This document shows positions 18,565 to 26,731 of a stretch of DNA of 64,000 bases, piece after piece. The translations under genes and the position numbers were made by a program. How positions within the stretch are numbered: the first letter of the stretch is position 1; each line of letters begins with the position of its first letter. Origin of the DNA: Gemmatimonadota bacterium (GTDB lineage Bacteria > Latescibacterota > UBA2968 > UBA8231); NCBI GenBank assembly GCA_038128265.1, contig JAYPJE010000008.1:1-64000 (forward strand), in the 5' to 3' direction. The notes below the pieces were generated by a model. The model saw only the letters and a list, made by a program, of their open reading frames with translations, did not search any database and was not told the origin of the DNA.

Positions 18565-19875
18565 ATGCAACCACTCTTTCTCGCGCTAATCGCGCTCGTT
18601 TGCAGTTCCGCCTCGGCTGCCGAACTCAGCCGTGATGCGCTCGACGCCCTAGCCGGACGCACGGTGAGTTCAATCGCAATAGAGGGCAACCGCATTACGC
18701 GCGACTACGTAATCTACCGCGAAGTGCGCACGCGCATCGGCCACCCTTTGGACGCAGAGATCCTGCGCGCCGATCTGCAGCGCCTCGACAATCTGGACAT
18801 CTTTTCTTCAGTGCGCGTGCGCGTCGAGGAACGGGGCGACGAGATTGACCTGACGCTCAGAGTGCGCGAATTGCCCTTCGCCATTCCCTATGTGAGCAGC
18901 AACGTCACGGACGAAGATGGATGGTCCTTCGGACCGGCGCTGAAGTCGGTCAATATGCTGGGACGAGACATCTTTGTGGCTGGCTACGCGCTCTTCGGCG
19001 GCAAAACGACCTTTTTACTCGACCTCGACTACCCGTGGATAGCGGCAAACCACCTCTCGTTTCACCTTGATCTCAGCCGCATCAAACGCCTCAATGAGTT
19101 AGATGGATTCGACGAAGAAAGCATTGAACTGAGCCCAGCGCTGGGCCTGTATATAGGGGAGTCCGGCCGAGCGGCTGCCGGCGTTAGTTACTTTCGCTTT
19201 CGCAGCGACCGGGACGGCCACACGCTTACGCCCGACAATACCGACCAATTGCTGCAGGTAGCGCTGCGCGCCGGCTACGACACGCGCGATAATTGGGGTG
19301 ACCCACACGCGGGCTGGCTCAACGAATTTGAGGTGCGCCGCACGGGCGGTCCCCTGCCCGGCGACGGCGACTTTTGGACAACGCACATGGATCTGCGCCG
19401 CTTCCAGCCGGTAGGCACGACCCATACGCTAGTTGCAGCGTCTCTGCTATCCCTGCAGTCGGGCCGCGTCGGCATTGACCTACCCGAGTATATGGACTAT
19501 CACCTCGGCGGCTCCAACAGCCTGCGCGGCTACGATATCCGCGAGTTGGGAGCGACGCTGGCCGGAAAAAACCAGTGGCTTGGCACGCTCGAGTACCGCG
19601 TGCCGCTGCTGCCGCGGCGCGAATACGACCTCCTTGGTATGACTTCTAATATCGGCCTGTCGGCGGCGCTGTTTGCCGACGGAGGCATGGCCTGGGACCG
19701 GGGTGAGCAATGGGGACGCCAGCGGCTGCGGATGGGATTTGGAGCGGGCCTTCGCGTGCTGGCGCCAGCGATCGATATGATGCGCATGGACATCGGCTTC
19801 GATACCGAGGGCCATTGGAAAATACATATCGCTTCATTCTCCAAGATGCGCGCCCAGCGCCTGCGGCTACGCTGA
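18565..19875 (+). CDS. Omp85 (BamA/TamA) family protein with a single POTRA domain
   Basis: Signal peptide, IEGNRITRDYVIYRE (POTRA), LGGSNSLRGY, LEYRVP, GFGAGLR. Confidence 0.8.
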   Translation: MQPLFLALIALVCSSASAAELSRDALDALAGRTVSSIAIEGNRITRDYVIYREVRTRIGHPLDAEILRADLQRLDNLDIFSSVRVRVEERGDEIDLTLRVRELPFAIPYVSSNVTDEDGWSFGPALKSVNMLGRDIFVAGYALFGGKTTFLLDLDYPWIAANHLSFHLDLSRIKRLNELDGFDEESIELSPALGLYIGESGRAAAGVSYFRFRSDRDGHTLTPDNTDQLLQVALRAGYDTRDNWGDPHAGWLNEFEVRRTGGPLPGDGDFWTTHMDLRRFQPVGTTHTLVAASLLSLQSGRVGIDLPEYMDYHLGGSNSLRGYDIRELGATLAGKNQWLGTLEYRVPLLPRREYDLLGMTSNIGLSAALFADGGMAWDRGEQWGRQRLRMGFGAGLRVLAPAIDMMRMDIGFDTEGHWKIHIASFSKMRAQRLRLR

Positions 19876-19889
19876 ACGCCCAGCGGCAC

Positions 19890-19919
19890 AAAAAAACCGG
19901 CCCCATGCGAGGAGCCGGT
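19890..19919 (-). terminator. Intrinsic terminator of the sigma-factor gene
   Basis: Minus strand ACCGGCTCC...GGGGCCGGT followed by a T run. Confidence 0.7.
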
Positions 19920-19946
19920 CGGTCTGAACAGGGCGAAGAGAGGGCG

Positions 19947-20780
19947 TCAGTTCTGCGAAAACTCCACTAGCTGATCGCCGCATTGAACGCGCATTTTTTC
20001 GAGGGCTCGGTTGCGCAGCTGGCGCACGCGCTCGCGCGTAACGCCCATTGCATCACCGATTTCTTCCAGCGTCATAGGCGCCATGCGATCCAGGCCAAAG
20101 TAGGAACGCACAATCTGCGACTCGCGCGGATCCAAAATATCCAGGCACGCGTTGACCATCTCTTCCATCTGCGTGCGCTCTAACCGCTCGTCGACACCTT
20201 CCTGATCGGCGACAAACATCTGCACCAGCGTCGTTTCCTCGTCGAGAAAAGCCGGCGCGTCGAGCGATACGTCCTGCTGCGAAACCTCCAGCGCATTGCG
20301 CGTGCGTTCTATGCTGATGTCGACCTTTTCGGCGATTTCGTCAAACGTCGGCGCCCTGCCCAACGCCTGGGCAAGCGCTCCGGTTTCCTTCTCCACTTTC
20401 TGCCAGTCGTTAACCTGACTCATCGGCGGCCGCGCTATTTTGCCCTGCTCGGCCAACGTCTTGAGAATGGCCTGGCGGATCCACCATACGGCATAGGTGA
20501 TAAATTTGAAACCGCGCGTCTCGTCAAAGCGCTTGATTGCTTCCATAAGGCCTACATTGCCCTCCGAAACCAATTCGATCAGCGACAGTCCGTAGTCCTT
20601 ATACGTGCGCGCCACGCTGACGACAAAGCGCAGATTCGCGCGCACCAACACCTGGCGTGCCTCTTCATCTCCGGCGCGCGCGCGCTCGAAATAGCGCACC
20701 TCATCCGCCCTACTCAGCGGCTGAACATCCTTGATATCGCGCCAATACAGCTCTATTGTATCGCGTACTTCTCTCGCCAT
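19947..20780 (-). CDS. RNA polymerase sigma factor, RpoD/SigA family, lacking region 1.1
   Basis: ANLRFVVSVA, RFDETRGFKFITYAVWWIRQAI, VSLDAP, TLEEIG..TRERVRQ. Confidence 0.92.
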   Translation of the reverse strand: MAREVRDTIELYWRDIKDVQPLSRADEVRYFERARAGDEEARQVLVRANLRFVVSVARTYKDYGLSLIELVSEGNVGLMEAIKRFDETRGFKFITYAVWWIRQAILKTLAEQGKIARPPMSQVNDWQKVEKETGALAQALGRAPTFDEIAEKVDISIERTRNALEVSQQDVSLDAPAFLDEETTLVQMFVADQEGVDERLERTQMEEMVNACLDILDPRESQIVRSYFGLDRMAPMTLEEIGDAMGVTRERVRQLRNRALEKMRVQCGDQLVEFSQN

Positions 20781-20841
20781 AGTTCCCCCTAATTACAGCC
20801 CGGTACACAAAAGACCATACTTTACCCTAACGTTAAAGTTA

Positions 20842-20870
20842 AAAATACGCGAACAGGTGTGCCAAAGCAA
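20842..20870 (-). promoter_or_regulatory. sigma70-like promoter of the sigma gene with the same operator-like 12-mer
   Basis: Minus strand TTGCTT-N17-TATTTT; the spacer contains GCACACCTGTTC (20851-20862). Confidence 0.65.
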
Positions 20871-20914
20871 GTTTTTCTCGCTTCTGATCCAGAGGAGTGC
20901 GGGGGAAAAAACGG

Positions 20915-21340
20915 CTATATCTGCGGGCGCCGGCGGCCGCTTTTCTTTTCGCCATGGCGCTTTTTGGCGTCTAGGCGGCGCCTCTGTGCGGCGCGGGTAG
21001 GGCGCGTCTTTCTGCGCTTAGGCGGAGGTGGTTTTAGCGCTTCGGCCAGCAGTTGCACCAGGCGCTCCTGGCAGTCTTCGCGATTGCGCCCCTGCGTGCG
21101 ATGCCTGTCCGAGTGGATTACGAGCACCCCATCCCCTGTCAGGCGCGAGGCGAGCTGGTCGAGTAAACGGGCGCGCTGCCCCTCGCTCAGCGCGGCGCTC
21201 TTGGCCACGTCAAAACGCACTTCCACGCGGGTATTCACCTTGTTCACGTTTTGACCACCCGCACCGGAGCTGCGCGAAAAGGCCATGCTCAGTTCCGCCA
21301 CGGGTATGGACAGCGTTCTGGTTATGTATAGCGCATCCAT
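20915..21340 (-). CDS. arfB: Alternative ribosome rescue peptidyl-tRNA hydrolase ArfB
   Basis: RSSGAGGQNVNKV, RTQGRNR and the basic tail RKTRPTRAAQRRRLDAKK. Confidence 0.93.
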   Translation of the reverse strand: MDALYITRTLSIPVAELSMAFSRSSGAGGQNVNKVNTRVEVRFDVAKSAALSEGQRARLLDQLASRLTGDGVLVIHSDRHRTQGRNREDCQERLVQLLAEALKPPPPKRRKTRPTRAAQRRRLDAKKRHGEKKSGRRRPQI

Positions 21341-21432
21341 CGGCTCACTCGACCGCAATTGATTGGACTCTGTAGATGATTTAATTTAGCCGCGCCGATT
21401 GCAATGACCAGTTTTTTTTGAGGAGAATGCGC

Positions 21433-22599
21433 ATGAGCACCCAGTATAAAGCCGCCATTGTCGGCTGTGGATCCATCGGACACGCGCACATGGAGGGCTA
21501 TCAGCTCGTCGACGAAGTCGAAGTCGTCGCTGTTGCCGACCCGGTCCCAGCCGCGCGACAGCGCTACATAGAACAGTACGGTATTCCCCAGCAGTACGAT
21601 ACCGTCGAAGAAATGCTCGCGCAGGCACAGCCCGATATCGTCAGCGTATGCACCTGGCATCTGCTGCACCCCGCTCCGACCATTGCCGCAGCACAGGCCG
21701 GCGTCAAAGCCGTCATATGCGAGAAACCAATGGCCATTGGCATGGAGGCCGCCGATGCCATGGTCGACGCCTGTGCCGCCAGCGGCACCAAGCTCGTCAT
21801 CAGCCACCAGCGACGCTTCACGCCAGGCTGGGAAAAGGCGCGCCAGCTCATAGCAGAGGGCGTGATCGGCACGCCGCTCTTTGTCACCAACAAGGTCGCC
21901 GATGGCTTGACCAATTGGGGAACGCACTCGATCGACGGCTCGCGTTTTGTGCTGGGCAATCCCAAGGCGAGCTGGGTTATGGGCGCCGTCGAACGCCGCA
22001 CCGACCGCTACGAGCGCGATACGGCCGTCGAAGACGCCTGTATGGGCCTCGTGCAGTTCGACGACAACCTGCAGCTGTTTATCCAGTCAGACCTGATGCG
22101 CGAGGGAGCGGCCGCAGGCCACTTCCAAATTCGCGGCAGCGAGGGTTATATGGAAGTAACCGAACTCGGCGTGCGGCTACACACCACGGACAGCGCGGGC
22201 TGGCAGGACGTGGAAATCGAGCTACCCGAAGGGGCGAAGGCAATTGGCGGCTACACCAACGCCGCCCAGGTGCGCGAGCTGTTGGCCTGGATTGAAGGCC
22301 GCGTCGAGGAGCACCGCAATGCCGGCACCATCGCCCGCGATACGGTGGAGATTATGATGGCGCTCTACGAATCGGCTCGGCGCAACGCGGTCGTTCATTT
22401 GCCCTTAGCAGAGAAGGGGTACCCGCTCGAGCGCATGATCGATGAGGGCAAGCTGCCCGTGGAGATCGAAGGGCGCTACGATATTCGCTCGTTTCTCAAA
22501 TGGGACGGTATCGACGAAGAAAAATACAAGGCGCTGCGCGCCAGCGGCATGGGGCACCATCAGATTATGCGCCAGCTGCACGAAGAGATGGGGCAGTAA
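21433..22599 (+). CDS. Gfo/Idh/MocA family oxidoreductase
   Basis: IVGCGSIG, CEKPMA, HQRRF, GTHSID; GAGGAG RBS. Confidence 0.9.
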   Translation: MSTQYKAAIVGCGSIGHAHMEGYQLVDEVEVVAVADPVPAARQRYIEQYGIPQQYDTVEEMLAQAQPDIVSVCTWHLLHPAPTIAAAQAGVKAVICEKPMAIGMEAADAMVDACAASGTKLVISHQRRFTPGWEKARQLIAEGVIGTPLFVTNKVADGLTNWGTHSIDGSRFVLGNPKASWVMGAVERRTDRYERDTAVEDACMGLVQFDDNLQLFIQSDLMREGAAAGHFQIRGSEGYMEVTELGVRLHTTDSAGWQDVEIELPEGAKAIGGYTNAAQVRELLAWIEGRVEEHRNAGTIARDTVEIMMALYESARRNAVVHLPLAEKGYPLERMIDEGKLPVEIEGRYDIRSFLKWDGIDEEKYKALRASGMGHHQIMRQLHEEMGQ

Positions 22600-22652
22600 A
22601 AAAATACGGCCGCTTTCGAGAAGTGTTAACCAGACTTCCCGCAAGCGGCCGT
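22598..22652 (-). terminator. Minus-strand terminator hairpin
   Basis: ACGGCCGCTT (22606-15)/AAGCGGCCGT (22643-52), extended inner stem, A-run on the left side (U tail on the minus strand). Confidence 0.65.
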
Positions 22653-22800
22653 TACCGATGTATGTAGTGCGGAAGGAGTGGGGACTCCATCCCACAGCGT
22701 GTCTGTTTTCAGGGTGGGTAGCCCCGAGGGGAGATCTATTTGAGGGATCGGGTAGCTTCAGAGGTTCGACTCATACTTAGTATCAAATAGTCTCTAATAA
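22598..22800 (-). ncRNA. Candidate ~200-nt small RNA
   Basis: 260-bp gap between convergent genes, bounded by a sigma28-like promoter (22803-22829) and a minus-strand terminator. No convincing ORF; family not recognised. Confidence 0.3.
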
Positions 22801-22857
22801 TACTATCGTCTATTGGATCAATTTCTTTAGAGATATTTTCCCGGAGCCCCCAAATCT

Positions 22858-24237
22858 CTATAAGTTATTGTTATTAAACCTTTTTTCGCCCTGCTCACCC
22901 AGAGCGACGCCCAGGCAAACCCAAAAAAACAGGCCGTTAAAGGGCAAGCGCAGCGGATAGCTGACCAGACTGTGCAGCAGCATGGCGACCAAAGCGGCAA
23001 CCAGCGACCACGCATAGGGCGAGGCGCCGCGCCGCAGGCCGGCAATCAACCACCCCCCCAAACGACCCACGAGCCACATAAAGCCCAGCAGGCCGAGCGC
23101 GCCGCTTTCCGCCCACAGATGCAAGTATTCGTTGTGGGCATAGCGCGTGTTTTCATACTGCTGCGTCTCGATAAGGCTGCTATACCATGGGTCGCTGCGC
23201 AGCCCGTCGCGGTAGCGGGGGAAATGGTCGGCAAAAGCGCCGTAGCCTACGCCCACTAGGGGCTGATCGGCCACCATGGCCCAGGCAACGCGCCAGATAA
23301 AGTAGCGGTGGTTTATCGTCGTATCATTGACCTGCACGTCGCCCAGCTGCACGGAGGTGGCCGAGGCCGGAGCCCCTTCGTCGGACTTCTTGGCCTCTGC
23401 ACCGCGGCTGTGCGGCGAAACGATGTAGCGCGCACTCAACAAACGCTCGCCGACCGAGACCTTGCCCTGTGCGTTGGCTATGATCGGAGCGCGCGTGGCA
23501 ACATACGTCGTGGCGGCTAGCGCCAACGCCAATAGCGCAATATCTAGCCAGCGCATGCGCAGCCCTCCATGCCGCACCGCGAGAACAACGCCGAGGCAGG
23601 CAAGGGCCGTGCCCGCCATGCCGGCCAGCCAGGCACCGCGACTACCCGCCAAAATGCAGGCGCCGTAGCTGAGCGCGACCGCAAGCCCGGTTAGCAGGCG
23701 CTCATAGGGCTTTCCCGCGCCGAGAAAAAAGACCAGCAGGAGGGGCAGTGCACAGGCGGCTACATTACCCAGATAATTTGGATTTTCGAAGGTGGCAACG
23801 ATCCGCCGCCCTTCAAAGGGGGTTGCCGATGGCAGCGGATCCCACCCGTTGCTTTGCACAAACGCGTAGGCCCCCAATGCGATGCACCCCGCTACGAGCG
23901 CGCGTGCTGCGATCCCACGCGCCAGCGCATCGCGCGCCATCCAGCAGCTCAACCACAGCAAAAAGAGCTGCGACAGGAGTTCCAATAGGGCAACATTACC
24001 CCATGTGCCGTTGAGCCAGAGCGAGAGGCAGACCGCTCCTACCAGCGGAGCTACGGACCACGTCAGCAGGCGCCTGAGTTCGGGAATAGCCGGTGACAGC
24101 AGCGCCCAGCCACCCGCTATACAGCACGGCACCCAAACCCACCAATACGCACTGCTGCGGGCGTATACGCCCGGATGCGCCAAGAGCACGACCAAGCCGG
24201 CGGCGGAAACGAGCAGAGCCACTACGGCGCTGGGCAT
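22858..24237 (-). CDS. O-antigen ligase (Wzy_C) family membrane protein
   Basis: Multiple TM helices, ATFENPNYLG, SRGAWL, RYFIW, PLVGVGYG, AHNEYLHLWAESG. Confidence 0.88.
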   Translation of the reverse strand: MPSAVVALLVSAAGLVVLLAHPGVYARSSAYWWVWVPCCIAGGWALLSPAIPELRRLLTWSVAPLVGAVCLSLWLNGTWGNVALLELLSQLFLLWLSCWMARDALARGIAARALVAGCIALGAYAFVQSNGWDPLPSATPFEGRRIVATFENPNYLGNVAACALPLLLVFFLGAGKPYERLLTGLAVALSYGACILAGSRGAWLAGMAGTALACLGVVLAVRHGGLRMRWLDIALLALALAATTYVATRAPIIANAQGKVSVGERLLSARYIVSPHSRGAEAKKSDEGAPASATSVQLGDVQVNDTTINHRYFIWRVAWAMVADQPLVGVGYGAFADHFPRYRDGLRSDPWYSSLIETQQYENTRYAHNEYLHLWAESGALGLLGFMWLVGRLGGWLIAGLRRGASPYAWSLVAALVAMLLHSLVSYPLRLPFNGLFFWVCLGVALGEQGEKRFNNNNL

Positions 24238-24264
24238 CCACCCTCCGACCGGACACTAACCATA

Positions 24265-24293
24265 TTGACTTTAGTCCACACAGTATCTATTTT
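24265..24293 (+). promoter_or_regulatory. sigma70-like promoter of rpsR-BMC
   Basis: TTGACT-N17-TATTTT. Confidence 0.6.
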
Positions 24294-24357
24294 TTTTCTT
24301 TCAATTGTCGCCTATAACCATGCACCCTGCCGGGTGCGTCGGCAAGGAGTAGTAGCC

Positions 24358-24585
24358 ATCGCTAAGTTTCGCAGCAATCGCCGAGAGGCCGTAGCCAAGC
24401 TCAAGCCCGAGGAAATCGATTATAAGCGCATCGACGTCCTCGCCAAATTCGTCACGCCCACTGGCAAGATCGAAGCAGCGCGCCGCACGGGCGCTTCTCG
24501 CAAACAGCAGACGCGCGTAGTGCGTGCGATCAAGCGCGCCCGCTATCTAGCGCTGCTGCCTTTCACGATCGACGATTCCCGCTAG
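24358..24585 (+). CDS. rpsR: 30S ribosomal protein S18 (Cys-less), apparent ATC start
   Basis: IDYK, FVTPTGKI..RRTG..KQQ..RAIKRARYLALLPF. AAGGAG (24344-49) is followed 8 nt later by ATC GCT AAG. Confidence 0.9.
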   Translation: MAKFRSNRREAVAKLKPEEIDYKRIDVLAKFVTPTGKIEAARRTGASRKQQTRVVRAIKRARYLALLPFTIDDSR

Positions 24586-24602
24586 TACACGGGCGACCGA
24601 CC

Positions 24603-25094
24603 ATGGCGCAGGGGGCGATTGGATTCATCGAAACCCGCGGCTTAGTCGGCGCAGTAGAAGCGGCCGATGCCGCGGCCAAAGCCAGTTCGATCGACCTGCT
24701 CGCTTTTGAACAGATTGGCGGCGGCTTGGTGTCGGTGCGCTTTCGCGGCGATGTAGCCGCTGTCCAGGTTGCCGTTCAGGCAGGAGTGGAAGCGGCCAAG
24801 CGCCTCGGCGAAGTGATAAGCCACAACGTCATACCCGCACCCCATGCCGACCTGCTGGCCACGCTGGTAGCGCCACCGACCGCGCCGCGCACTACACGGC
24901 CTGAACCCACCACACCAACCGCACCCGCCGATGCGCCGGCCCGGCCCGAGCGGCTCGATGACGTCCCCGTTGCTCGCCTGAGACAGCTCGTCCGCCAGCT
25001 GCCGGACGCACAGCTCAAAGGTCGACAGGTCTCGCGCGCCAACAAAAAAGCCCTCATTGCCGAGCTAGAGCGCGCCCAACGAGAGTCCAGATAA
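24603..25094 (+). CDS. BMC shell hexamer-domain protein with C-terminal extension (PduK/EutK-like)
   Basis: AIGFIETRGLVGAVEAADAAAKA, GDVAAVQVAV, VIPAPH; Pro-rich linker and a small helical domain. Confidence 0.9.
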   Translation: MAQGAIGFIETRGLVGAVEAADAAAKASSIDLLAFEQIGGGLVSVRFRGDVAAVQVAVQAGVEAAKRLGEVISHNVIPAPHADLLATLVAPPTAPRTTRPEPTTPTAPADAPARPERLDDVPVARLRQLVRQLPDAQLKGRQVSRANKKALIAELERAQRESR

Positions 25095-25098
25095 AACT

Positions 25099-25413
25099 AT
25101 GTTAGATAATATAGCAAAGAGCCTGCGAGAAAGCTTTCACATCGCCGCCGACCTAGCCGGCGATATGACCCGAGTCGCGCGCGCGCGGCTCGATATCGCC
25201 TCTACCAAAAAGCAGATACAGCGAACGCAGACGGCGCTGGGGGCCTATGTCCACCAAAACCTGGCGCAGGGCGATCTGGCCGACCAGCCGCAGGTAAAGG
25301 AATGGGCGAGCGAATTGGACGAGTTGCTGCGCGAATTGGACGCACGCCAAGCCGCGCTTGAGGAACTACAGTGCCAGCAGGAAACGCCCGAGCAGGACGA
25401 AGAAGTGCACTGA
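25099..25413 (+). CDS. Hypothetical coiled-coil protein
   Basis: 104-aa helical ORF starting 4 nt after the BMC gene. Confidence 0.65.
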   Translation: MLDNIAKSLRESFHIAADLAGDMTRVARARLDIASTKKQIQRTQTALGAYVHQNLAQGDLADQPQVKEWASELDELLRELDARQAALEELQCQQETPEQDEEVH

Positions 25414-25450
25414 GTTTGTAGGTGAGTGCGAGCGGCCTACGACGGGTCGC

Positions 25451-26650
25451 TCAGGAGGGATTCTTCCGTTTAACGGCCACCTTCCGACCGTCTACCACGC
25501 GATACAGCCGGCCGTCTTTGGTCCGGTACACCTTGCCTTCTTGCAGCTTGTTCTTGGCTTCCCTTTTCTTCTCAGCGACTTTTTTGCTCGCCTTTTTAAC
25601 TTGTGGAACCGCGTTGTCGAACGGCAGCGAGTCAATATCGTCGTCTAGGCCATCGGGCGCTTCGTCCTCATCAAACGCCGAACTCCAGGCAGCTAGCTGT
25701 TCTTCCATCTCGGCGCGATGGCGCTCGGCCATCTCCTCTTCCGATGGCTGTGGCCAGTTGAGAAAAAAGTCCTCTACCGCCACCGACAGCATCGTTCCTT
25801 TGAGATAGCGCTCGAACGTAGACGCTATAATGTGCGCACTGAGCGCGTCGATATCGGGTGTATTCTCACTCAGCCACAGCTCGACAATTTCGTGCAGCAG
25901 CAGGGCGTCCAACAGCGTGAATCGCTCAATGCCGCCCGTGGCCATCGAATCCTGATCCCAGCTCTCGAGCACTTCGCGCACATCCGTAACGAGATGGATG
26001 TCGCCCTCGCGCTCGTACGCAACCGTCTTACTGGCAGCCAGTTCCAACAAGTCGGTGCTGCGCACGTCCTCAAAGGCGTGGCCAATAATGCGAAAACCCT
26101 GTTCGTTGGTCGGACTTAGCCTATCGGCCAGCAAGCGTCCCACGTGAGCGGGCTGGTGAATGATAAAATCGAGGAGGGACTCCTGCGTCGGAGCCCACGC
26201 ATCGGCCAGACGCTTGGCTTGGGCGCGCAGAATAGCCGTAAAATCATCGCCTTCTGGTTCGACAAAGATCGCAGCAATTTTGGCTTTTTTCTGTTCGGGA
26301 CTATCGACGGAGCGGAACTTAAACGAGCCCAATGCCTGGAGAACGGCCACCCGACTGCGCATATCTTCTGGGGCGAAGTCCAGCAGTGCCTGAAAAAATG
26401 TGCACATACCGTCTTCATCCGTCCAAGTTCTGAACTCACCCGGCGTGCGCTTAAGCGAATCCATTTCGCCGTACAGCCCTCTGATGATTTCGGCATATTC
26501 GCCGGTGCCTTCGACGCTGTTGTAGAGCTCCTCACCCCCGCCCTCAGCCTTCTCTGCGGCTTCTACAACCTGCGCATCAACCGGTTCTTTGCCACCATAC
26601 CAGGCTCGCACCTTGCGCGTGTTATCGCTCTCCATTCGATCCTTTGCCAT
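25451..26650 (-). CDS. Hypothetical protein (399 aa)
   Basis: Long ORF filling the interval; LLHEIVE...AH motif; acidic then basic C-terminus. Confidence 0.75.
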   Translation of the reverse strand: MAKDRMESDNTRKVRAWYGGKEPVDAQVVEAAEKAEGGGEELYNSVEGTGEYAEIIRGLYGEMDSLKRTPGEFRTWTDEDGMCTFFQALLDFAPEDMRSRVAVLQALGSFKFRSVDSPEQKKAKIAAIFVEPEGDDFTAILRAQAKRLADAWAPTQESLLDFIIHQPAHVGRLLADRLSPTNEQGFRIIGHAFEDVRSTDLLELAASKTVAYEREGDIHLVTDVREVLESWDQDSMATGGIERFTLLDALLLHEIVELWLSENTPDIDALSAHIIASTFERYLKGTMLSVAVEDFFLNWPQPSEEEMAERHRAEMEEQLAAWSSAFDEDEAPDGLDDDIDSLPFDNAVPQVKKASKKVAEKKREAKNKLQEGKVYRTKDGRLYRVVDGRKVAVKRKNPS

Positions 26651-26731
26651 CGCTGATCACTTTGCTACGAGGCGTATCTAGTGACACCTAAGTGTCTCAT
26701 ATCGCTAAATTTAACAAAATTCGACATTTCT

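Noticed and set aside
20849..20866. sigma54 promoter (TGGCAC...) upstream of the sigma gene
   Set aside because: GG-to-GC spacing is off by one from -24/-12; a sigma70 promoter with an operator fits better.
22736..22774. Minus-strand mini-ORF MSRTSEATRSLK
   Set aside because: No RBS and no distinctive codon content.
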